64,000 nt of DNA, from positions 251,862 to 315,861 of the forward strand of contig NW_003314395.1 of assembly GCF_000143415.4 (NCBI RefSeq), written 5' to 3'. Every line of letters begins with the position of its first letter. Position 1 is the first letter of the stretch. A model generated the notes under the pieces. It was not told the origin of the DNA, did no database searches, and saw only the letters and a list, made by a program, of their open reading frames with translations. Origin of the DNA: Selaginella moellendorffii. Taxonomy: Eukaryota; Plantae; Lycopodiophyta. The translations under genes and the position numbers were made by a program. Below are positions 53,601-64,000 of this stretch, piece by piece.

Positions 53601-56600
53601 GCTCTAGTTGTCACCCAACTTACAAAAGTGTGATACACCCTTGCCCGCAGGGACATAGAGAGAGAAGCCAAAGGCCTCAACCCTCATGAGCAAAGAAACC
53701 AAACCCATCGATAAGGTTTAGATAGACTACTATAAATAGGTAGTTAGAGTTGTTTACACGGTCACGCCCTTTTAACAGAAGAAGGAACATCGACAAAGAG
53801 GCGGGTTATGTAACCAGTAGACAGTAGCTACCCCATGACTAGAGATTTCAATATGCACACGAAGTGCCGAAGGCAGTCTGCCTATACTGGCCCAAAATTC
53901 AAAGATCAATAGATGGACAATATCAAAGTCATAAACAATGATATCTTAGAGTTTTAATTATCAGTGAATAAATCTTATATTAGAACACAAGAGTATTCCA
54001 AGTAAGTTATCATCCGATAAATTAGTATTATAGTATAGGAACCACCAAGATCATTATAATTGATAAATATAGGAATCACCATCCAACAAAATTTAATAGC
54101 CAATGTATCATCAAGGAACTCAACGATAAAACTTAACTACTAAAGATTGTAGATAGTATGCCAAACAACCTACAGAAGAGAATTCAAAGAACACAAAGTA
54201 TTATTGACTGGCAAGCAAAAATGCTCGCGAATGTATTATCCAAAGGAAATAACATCCAAATCTATCAAAGCGAACTCGAGCAATAATCAACAAAGTAGAA
54301 TGAATGTTGCATGGCTAACAAACACTCGTTTATGCCAACTATCACACGAGCCAATCCGAATAGATCCCAGCCAACAACACCATAAAACTCAAGTTGCCTA
54401 AACAAGTGTCAGCAACATTCTACTGATGTCTCAAACCTAAGAGACAATCCAGAGCAAACCACAAACAACATGTGGTATTGCGAAAAACCAAAAGCTATCA
54501 AAGAAAACAACTAACCATTATGAAAGATCATCAATCATCCCATCAATAAAGAGATGCATAATCATTGTCAAAGAAGGAATCCACCATCCCGCAGAATGGC
54601 AAATCATTCTATATCAACAATAACCAAGCAACACCTTTGACAAGGATAATCAACTATCTTAGATGACAGTCAATCATTACCAATGATTGCCAGATGCAAA
54701 TACTAACTTCAATAGTGAAGCTAATGAGATAAAATGCCTTCCCCAACAACTTCTAACCAATGATCCACAAGCATGAAAGCTCAAGGAACCAAAAGCTCGA
54801 AGAAGCCGATAGACAAGTCTTGCTGAACAATGATCACGAATCTCGCATGAACTAACATCAATGCTAAAGAAGAAATTATGGTACAACCCACAATATCTTC
54901 CTCAACACATCCATAAGCTAAACTTTATAATGCAAAGCTAATGAAGAGCATATCTACATCAATCCAAAAGCCAAGCACAACAAAGCTATGCTCGACAAGT
55001 GATCACCAAATGATCCTCCATGAATCCATCTATAGCAAGACATAACTCACTTCATAACAAGCACAGAAGAATCATCAATGATCGATATATTCCAACTCAA
55101 ACCCAATAAAGATTCAAACTTTTTAATATCGATCACTAACTCTTCCATTTGTAGAGTTAGCATAGTCCATGACTAAATCACTTTTTCAAGGAAAAGCCAA
55201 AGCTCAACCTCTACTAAACAATCTTGTCTAGAACACAACTAACTCAACTTGCCACTCAGTTCATTTGAACATCAACATAGTTGCTAACTAGCAAATGCAT
55301 AAATGCTAATAACACAAAGCTATAACCAAATCATCAATACTATCTCTATTGAGGGTAATAAAACTCAATATCAATCCTAAGGATAGACATTTCATCTCAC
55401 TTGAATCTCAACATCAATAATATCAATGACAAGGCATCACTTTAATGCCATCAACACTATAACAAATCTAGAAGAAAGCAAGAGTGAATCACCATTCAAA
55501 ACTCTCTTGCAACCAAGCTAACCAAAGTTGAAGATACTTAACTCAGTATCCGAGACTAATCCTTCAGCAAAACTCAGTTACAGATAACATTTCCTCAAGG
55601 AGTGAATCACCACATCCAAGACTCAATGAAATCCAACACTGCAAACTAAACGTAGCCAAATGATATTAACAAAGGAATTGACATGTCAACATGGAAACCC
55701 ATGCAAGCCATGACACGATCCTCCATAACACCATCCGGTAAAGCAAACCCATCACTAATAAATCTTCATTTAGTGAAGCAAGTGTCAACAGTCCTCGACT
55801 AAGTTTACAGGTAATCACTAGTTGCAAAGCAACTAACAATCACTCTTCAACTTGCCTTCACAAGACCTAACACTATACTCATGTCATTGAGTTATATACT
55901 TGTCCAGCATGAACATAATACCTCAGATACGAGATAAAGGTTCATGGAAAAGCATGAACTAAATGACCACTCAAATCCAACTCAACCGCAATAAGCTCAC
56001 CAATGCATTTAGCCAACAGCTCTGAGTATACCTTTTGAAGAGGCTAGCTATGCATGATCAACACTCAATTGAAACTAAAGTGAAAACTATGAGATGGACT
56101 CATATTGGTATACAACCTCCTCATAAACAAAGTTTTAGTATGGGTACCAACATCTCAACTGCAAACAACTAAGTTGGACATCACCATCCTCAGCTAAGGT
56201 GCAAAGCTACCAAGACCAAGTCAAGATCAGTGAGAGCTCACTACTCTCATAGAGTCTAGTGAAATGCAAAGTGCAACCTGCCACCAAGTATAACACTATA
56301 AAAGAAAGGCACAAGGGTCACCTTTCTAGAAAAACGCAACGGTCACTTTTTTACACCAACTCCAGACTCTATCCAACTCAATTGCTTTAGCCCCAAAAGT
56401 TAGCATCCCTTTCGGGCTGCATCATACAAACTATCTACTAAGATCTAAGCCAACCGAAGTCAACTCCAACCCTTTCACTAGTTTGTATTGGCTTACGAAA
56501 ATGAAATGGTTTTCGAGCAAAGTGACTAATAAATCAGCCATTGGAAAAGTCTAAGAAAATTTGTAGAAAATTTTCCATCCTAGAGAAAGAATGACTCTCA

Positions 56601-57769
56601 GTCCAGGAATACAAATTTTCAAGACTCAACCAACTTCCTCCTACTAACAACTTCACATAAGTTCACTTCAACACAAATTCTCATGACCCATAGTACGCTT
56701 AAGCCTCGAACATCTCTTTTTGCCCATACTTTCGACATCCAACACTGACATTTGCAAAATGCAAAGTGAACATCCAAGACTTAATCACGAAGACTATATC
56801 TTCGGATATTCTTATTGCACTAACACTCTTCTTCAACCATCTTCAAGATCCAATGTGAAGCCAAACACTAACAAGAAAAATGACATGGAAAATCAAGCTC
56901 TAAGGAAAATTCTTCATCACTCGAATTAACAATGCCACTTCCACTAACACAAATGTTAGCAATGTCAATGTCTCAACTACACATCTTCTCCATCCAACAA
57001 TCTACTCCAAGTATTAATGGATCTACCGATAAGCTATAGCAAATGAATGCTATAATCCTTTTAAATAAAAAATGGGCAAACTTAAGGAACCAAGAAACCA
57101 ACTTAAGCTTAACATAATGGACCACCATTGAGAATCCAGTTAAAGCTACTACAATGCTACTATATGCAAGTAGACTTAGCTTCACTATCAACCACTTTGG
57201 GGTTGATCATCATTTGACCAAGCAACTTCGTAAACACATTGCTCATTATCACATGGATATGACATAAGTATCACAATGATTTGATCATCAATTGAGTAAC
57301 ACAATGAGCAATGACATTGCTTATTGCTCACTGCATCTGGCTTGGGTCTAAGCCCAAGTTCCATTCCATGCTAGCTGGTGGAGTACCCATGTCCTCACAT
57401 TAGGCCACTGGTATGCCGAAATAGCACCAAACTCCATTTGGCTTCGTTTTATGTGTTGGTCCTGGCATTGGGATGCTAGTTACTCTAAGACTGTTCCAAG
57501 CACTCTGGGCTCTTGTCCCTTCGCTCCTTAGGCTTTATGCTTAGGAGTTGCTCTATAGTTCGGTTCTATCACTCCTTGGCTCCATGCTTGGGAGTTTGGC
57601 ACTGTTCCTTCATTCAATGGCCCAAGGCCCTGAACCTCGGGTTCCACACCACTATCTTTTGGACACGTGGCATGTGTCATGTGGCATAAAGAGGGTTTAG
57701 GTTCCACTTTGTAGTGTTATCCTACGGTAAATCACCATAGGATAAAGGGTCAAAACCACGTGCGCTACA
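50699..57769 (+). mobile_element. Family D duplicate with internal inversion 52838-57313, TSD CTAAG
   Basis: 5' LTR at 50699-51842. 52838-57313 is the reverse complement of ~28911-32739. The 3' LTR remainder resumes at ~57331. Confidence 0.9.
53400..53593 (-). mobile_element. Solo LTR with a 5S-derived promoter (Cassandra-like), TSD CCTTG
   Basis: Third copy of the 194-bp unit with a perfect 5-bp TSD. Empty site at ~32186. Confidence 0.9.
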
Positions 57770-60724
57770 CTAAGTTAACCTCCCCGGCCAAGAGCCCATG
57801 ACAATGGAATATAGGTGTCTCTATACCCCTCACCCCACCACGCCCTAGTATGGGTTGGGACTTGAACCCAGCCTTGCTTTAGTGGGGGGTTGGGACTCGA
57901 ACCCAACCTCTATAGAATATGTCTACGAATTTGACATCCTCATGGGGAGTCGGGCATAGTTCTCTACACCTGGTTGACCTAGCTAACCCATGCTAATTAG
58001 CTTACCTTCGGCACGCCTTCGGGTCCCAACATATACCATTGCTCAACTTCACAAATTGATACTTTAATTGAACTTTGCATAAGTACATAGAATTCTGCCT
58101 TGCAGAAATTCCTCCACCAGATCTCGCGCGTTTGCTAGGTTCTCCTCCAGTTCCTATGTTGCTTTGCAGTGTGGAAATCCTTTCCACTTCACATGGAACT
58201 CTCTCACCTCACGTCCTTGTCACTTGCTCTTACGTGCATTGAGGATGGCCTCGACTTTGTATTCTTCTTCCCCTTGAATAACCTCAGGTAAAGGTCTTAT
58301 TTGGTCCTTGCGAAGCGGATCCACAAAGTACAGCTTGAGTAAGTTCACATGGAACACTAGGTGCATCTTCCCCATCTTTCGAGGAAGTCAAAGATAGTAA
58401 GCCACTTTACCGATTCGTGCCTAAATCTTGTAAGGCCCCGTGAACCTACTTAAGGAACTCAAAATCAATTCATTTACAGGAATACATGCATTTTTACCTT
58501 TGGGTCAACTTTCAGCTGATCCCACTTGGTAACTTGAGGTTCTTGGTGTTCAACCACACCTTCTCCCCAACTTGGAACTCTACATCCCAACGCTTCTGGT
58601 TCGCGTACTTGGTTTGCCTTTGTTGAGCCCATTCCAAGGAATCCCTCACTAGATTCCAAATGTTGAGTCTTTCCGCCGTGAATGCCTCCACTACAGGTAA
58701 CTCTCCATGATACTCGGCCACACCAAGTTTCACAGGACCTTCAATAGCTCGCCCATTGACGACCTCCCATGGACTCACTGTGGACTCACTGTGGACTCAC
58801 TGTTACTCGAATGTGGTGAGTTGTTATAACACATTTCTGCAAGTTCCAAATGATTTACCCAATCGGTCTGGTCTCCCGAGACATAGCATCACAAATAATC
58901 CTCTAGCTGCCTATTCACCCTTTCCGTTTGTCCGTCTGTCAGGAAGTGTTAGTGCCATCAAACTTGACTTAATACCCAATACCTGTCTATGGGTGATAGG
59001 CTTTGTTGAATTTCAATTTGGTGCGATACTGTTCTAGGAGATTTCTCCAGAACCTACTGGTATCTCAATCTGAGATAATCTCTTCTGGCCTTCCCCGCAC
59101 TCGAACCACTTGTTCAAAGAACAGCTTCGCCACACCTTCCGCATCCACTTCTGTTGTGGTGGGTATGAAATGAGCCATCTTCGAAAATGGGTCCACCACC
59201 ACGAATATCGCATCAAACCCCTCACTTGGGGGGAGTCCCGTGATGAAGTCCATCATAACACATTTCCACGGACAATCTGGAATTGGGATGCTTTGTAACA
59301 AGCCCCCACTAGCCTTAGTCACGGCTTTGACCTGCTGACATGTTGGACATGTCTTTACATAGTCTTGGATGTCCTTAGCCATATCTGGCCAGTGGTACTT
59401 CCTTTTGAGTAAGCCCATTGTTTTGGGCACTCTGCCGTGTCCCACAAGAGATCCGTCATGACACTCTTCTAAGGCTACCTTCTTTAGTTCCCCTTCTGGA
59501 ACATACACCCTTGTTTGCTTGTAATAGATGAGTCTATTGCATTCCGCATAGCCCGTTTTCTCTTCCGTTGGCAACTCACTTCTTTGGTGGGCTTCTCGTG
59601 CCTCTAAATTCCATAGCAACACTTCTTGTGCTAGACCATCGTTCTCATATGCTATCCACACATCATCCCAAAAGGTTGTTGTTGCGCTGGATGTCGCTAA
59701 TTTTAAGCTCGCTTTTCAACTTAGCGCATCCACCACGATGTTGCTCTTTCTAGGCTTGTACAGAATCTCGCAATCAAACTCAGCTAATGCATTGGCCCAC
59801 CAACTCTGTTTCCCTCTCAGGTCGGGCTGTGACAAGAAGTGTTTCATTACCACATTGTCCGTGTAAACCTTGAAGTGTCTCCCAAGGTAGTGTCGCCACT
59901 CCTTGAGCGCCTTGACCACCGCAAACAATTCCTTCTCGTGGGCAGGCCACTTCCGTTGAGCCTTGTCCAACTTCTTTGAGAAGAATGCTACTAGATGGTT
60001 GTTTTGCTTCAAAACTACACCCAACGCAAAGTTTGAAACATCTGTTTCTACCTCAAAGTCCTTACCAAAATTTGGTAACGCTAACACGAGAGCCTTCCTC
60101 AACTTCCCTTTGAAGTGGACGAATGCCGCCTCGCATTCCACTATCCATACCATCTTCCCTTTTCCCATTTGGTCCGTTAAGAGCAGGGCTACTCTTGAAT
60201 AGTGTTTGATAAACTTTCGATAGTAGTTGCATAGCCCTAAGAATGCCCTTAACTCGTGTATATTCAATGGTCGCTCCCAATCAAGCTCTATTTCGTTAAA
60301 GTGGGAATTGTCATTATCCCACTTGTAAAATAAGGTTTCCAAACCTTTATATAGTATATAAATATAACAAAATTCAACTGCATTGAGGCACATGCCATTT
60401 TATTTTAAACAAGAAAATGTCTACTCAATCACTTCTCCTCCCCCTGCCACTGCTTCACCTCTCTCTTCTCCTTGTCATCGTTGTCCAATTTCTTTCCATC
60501 CTTTTAATATTGGCTCAGTTGCTCCGAGTCTAGGTAGAGCCCAAGTCCCCATTCAATCTTTACTTTCCCCTTATTAATAAAACAACTTCGTAGACTTCCA
60601 ATAACATGCTGTAGCACTTCTAGTATAATGCAAATCCTTTCAAAGAATTGTCTTTTAATATTAATACAATGGCATGGAACCCCATGCCATAATAAGTTAC
60701 ATTTTTAAATAAATACATGCCATC

Positions 60725-63700
60725 TCAGACTGTTATTTTTTGCCTCCAACGCCTATACAATAATCTTGGAATTTCATCACTCTCCACACTATCAGGATTT
60801 AAACCCAATAGTAATGCCATCTCTTCTCTAATACGTCCACGCTCATGTTCAGTGGTCGAAGAACCCATCCGGTTGAGCAGATTATAGAGATGCAGATAGT
60901 GCTTGGCTAGACAATATACATGCCATAAATGATGACTGGTGTCTGTCTGATCAAATGGCTTCTGATATACCGTTCCATCTGCCATTTGGTTGATTTCTGC
61001 AGCCACCTCCTGGACTGGCTGGTTCTCTATCACCATCGCTCCAAGCTGTTTTGCAAGGTCCCCCAGAACATACGGTTTCTTCTCCCTAGTTTCCATACTG
61101 CAAGAGATGGGGTGCACTGCATATGTGTGCGTGTTCGCTGCAGTTTTAATCGGCGAGTCATCGATGATGAGAATTTCACTTGACCTAGCAGTCCGGTTCA
61201 TCACTACAGCCTCTGGCTTGACGAAGATGGGCTTGCACCCCTCACATGAATCATAGTCAAGCAATCCTCCTGCATTAGGAGAAAGTCAAATGGTAATATT
61301 ACTCACGTCTGATCGTGCATCATCTATAGCAATGTTAATGCATTGTGGCGCATCATGGATGTCCAAACTCCCAATTGCAAATTGAACCCGGCCCTCTGTT
61401 TTAAGTGTCGCATAGTCATTATTAAATCCCGCAGTTTCTCCCGTGTGATTAATGTGAATCTGTCTCTTTTGACCAACTTGCGACCGTAGGCTTTGGAGGG
61501 TGCAGTGACATTCGAGGACGAGCCACGCTCATGGGAGAAAAGGACACCGTTCAGATCAAAAACGATACAGTACTTTCGCCGTGACTCTGAAATGAAATGA
61601 GTCAGCATAAAAAATGGTACAAGTCAATTTTACCATCTACAATATTAGCGAATGGTGCTCCCAATGGTCGTTCAGAGGGTTTTGGTCGAGGAAACGTGAA
61701 GGGCGGAAATACTCTCCTCTACAATGTGGGGTCAATCGCATCCGATGGCGTGTGGGCACATGCCATTTCAGCTGTAGACTCTGGTACAACTGGCTCAACA
61801 GTGGCATGGGGTGGTTCCGATGGCGTGCGATCACACGCCATTTCAGCTGGTGCCTCCGTTGGCAAAGTGGACATGACCGAACAGGCAGCAGGGGCGGTGT
61901 AGGGAGGTTCCAACGGCGCGTAGTCAGACGATTGGGCACACGTTGAGTCCGTTGGAAATGAGGATACGACCGGCTCGGCGGCTGGGGCGGCCTCATGCGG
62001 GTCCAATGGCGCCTGGTCACCGTCAGTTGGATATGTGGACAAGATTGACTCAGTGGTATGGGCAGCATCAAGTGGAGCGTGGTCAGCTTGCTTGGCGTTG
62101 ATATGGATAGTAGCCTCCACCAGCTCTGATGACTCTTGCAGGCAAGTAGAGTCCACTAGCGGATCCATATGCATGTCCAAATATCTCCCTTCGATTGAGA
62201 TGGTATCCTCCCTACTGGCTACTAAAAACAAACTTATTAGCACATTGAATCAACTATACTGTATTTACCATCAACTGCTATTGAGGAACTAGGACCGATA
62301 TCACTTGGGCGCACTGCTGATTCTGAAGGATTGGACATACGTTTCAACCCTTGCTTGGCACTATCCTTCCTTGACACTAAAGGCTAGAGTTTGTATCTTA
62401 ATTCAATTGAATAATCTCTACTTACCATTTGCTTTGCAACCTACATGGACAATGTTAAAAATGGTAAAAGGTTAGGAATGGATGTACTATTATTTACTTG
62501 ATGGTTTGTCTTGTATGACCTTCCTCCGCTGCTCTTTGGCCACCTCAGGCTGGCCATCATCGTCATCATCGTCGTCGTCGTTATTGTGATCGTCACCATT
62601 GTGAGGACCATCCAAGTCCTCTTCGTCCTCCTCTTCTTCGTCCTCCTCTTCTTTGTCCTCCTCTTCGTCCTTTTGCTCTTCCTGTTCATTATCTTTCTCT
62701 GGCTCCTCATCCCCCTCCTGCATTTCTTCCATAGGCTGCTCAGGCTGGATGGCTTGTTCTTCCAGGACCATCTTGGGAAAATCATCTGGCCGAGTCTCTA
62801 TCTCAAAATACAAGACATCCATAGCCTGTTTTAGTGCGTGACCTAGGACTGTATCCTCACCCGATTGTCTTAACATGGTTTCTGCACGTTCTTACACCCT
62901 TCGAAGACGACGAGATGAGAAAAACGTGGCCCTGACTTGAAAAGCATCCCTCATCCATTGTACCTCTCCATTGAGATTGGGGAAGGGGAGTCCGCCATAG
63001 GAATCTGAGTCAGGAGGTGGTGACCGCGAGGCATTACCTATCATCTTTTCATTGCCCTTCTTCCTTTTCGAATCAAACGCCTCTGATCCCGACGACTGTC
63101 CAACGTGCTTTCGCTTTTTATGACCACTGTCAGTTTGAGCTTGGTTGGTGCTTGCCTGTTTTGCCTTTGAAGAAGTGTCTCCTGCAAGGAATGGCATGAG
63201 ACCACACACCATTGCAAATATAATTTGTACCTCCTTTTTTCCTATTGCTTGTATGTTTATCCTTCTTCGACGTGCCACCAGTGCGCTTTTCAGTCCTCGT
63301 GTCTGAATATTCACAACGATCTATAATCAAAATGGCGTGAGGCCTCACGTGACCTTACCTTGTGCAGGTTGTGAGCTCGGCCCAACATGGGTATCTTCAA
63401 CAGTAGCTGTTAACGCCGTTTCAGCATCTGGGGGTGGCCACGCTCCTGCATACAGAGCTTGTGAGATAACATTTAAACTTAAAGTGCGTACTCACCAGGT
63501 TCGCAGAGAAGATACTGTTTTTCTTTGGCAACTGTAATTATATGCTTCATTGAAGTCACCTCTTCAATAGAGTTTGTCACCGCAACACACGGGACACCCT
63601 TGAGTAGTGCGGCTCGAAAGAATAGTCTGCCGTAGTTGTACTCGACAACGCATTTGCCCTTGGAGTCGGAAGCAGATGCTATTGCGTTGAAGACCCAGCT

Positions 63701-64000
63701 GAGCATTTCCCATGCTGCACCTGGAGCTTTCTCTGGATTCGAAAGCTCCATAGCCGTCTTCAGTTCCTCAAGCACGGGTAAATTGACCTCCCTCAGATCA
63801 ATTCGATCGGCCTTGTCGAACGGAGCTGGGAAGTCACTCCAGTCCCACTCTGCTGCAGGACCAATAACAAGGGCGAGCGTGAAGATGTAGACATTCGTCG
63901 GTATCTTCTTCTTAGCCATTATCCCATGGATCTCCTGCATCTCCTTGCCTTTCAACCAACCCTTCACCTCGTTTAAGGCTTTCCAGAACTTGTGATAGGA
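60725..64000 (-). pseudogene. Degenerate multi-exon gene (continues beyond the window): possible methyltransferase-fold module, acidic/Pro-rich linker, C-terminal FCP1/NIF-like HAD domain
   Basis: CIVFDLNGVL...LGVWTSMMRHNA...ILIIDDSPIK...N..YAVHP are FCP1-homology motifs. Poly-D/E tract at 62550-62720. In-frame TAGs at 61719 and 61324. GT-AG introns visible. Confidence 0.6.

Larger units (their letters stand above)
42016..60282 (+). repeat. Segmental duplication copy 2
   Basis: Same gene and TE order and same junctions as 17486-36066. Confidence 0.95.
48245..60282 (-). mobile_element. Family C chromovirus duplicate (gag fragment, LTR 49461-50587, RH-INT-chromodomain), truncated at the duplication end
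   Basis: Colinear with 23766-36066. ORFs 59716-60393 (RNase H) and 59065-59661 (integrase). Confidence 0.9.

Noticed and set aside
42016-60282. Duplication as a haplotype or assembly artefact
   Set aside because: The copies have several percent TE divergence, private insertions with TSDs, an inversion and different flanks. A real duplication is more likely, though reads are needed to confirm.
60283-60700. Helitron 3' end (hairpins AAGTGGGA...TCCCACTT near 60297-60323 and ATGGCATGG-AACC-CCATGCCAT near 60669-60690)
   Set aside because: No CTRR terminus or A-T target site at the expected distance.
61741-62090. Short internal repeats (AEMAC..TPS x2; APL...PT x3)
   Set aside because: Ordinary low-complexity linker expansions within the degenerate gene.

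Overview
Eukaryotic plant DNA. Very short introns (about 45-75 nt), tight gene packing and a PLS-type PPR fragment suggest a compact lycophyte-like genome such as Selaginella (inference). (1) 1-9 kb is TE and pseudogene debris: a possible Helitron Rep remnant, a PPR fragment, a long (GA)n(GT)n microsatellite, two nested Ty3/gypsy remnants and a Uma2/REase-like pseudogene. (2) 9.3-19.5 kb is a dense gene island: small plastid membrane protein, PITH-domain protein, vacuolar sorting receptor, At1g80180/MASS-like protein, bacterial-type NagD HAD hydrolase, plastid PDZ protein, and an RGS1-like 7TM protein that lacks the RGS domain. (3) 19.6-40.4 kb is a nest of LTR elements: gypsy family B > tandem chromovirus family C > non-coding LARD-like D, a TRIM, and 194-195-bp solo LTRs carrying a 5S rRNA promoter (Cassandra-like). 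(4) An 18.5-kb segmental duplication (17486-36066 vs 42016-60282) fuses the PDZ gene in frame to a coiled-coil gene; copy 2 carries an internal 4.5-kb inversion. (5) 60.7-64 kb is a degenerate multi-exon gene with an FCP1/NIF-like HAD domain and a possible methyltransferase-fold module. All homology calls come from motif recognition by eye; no searches were run.
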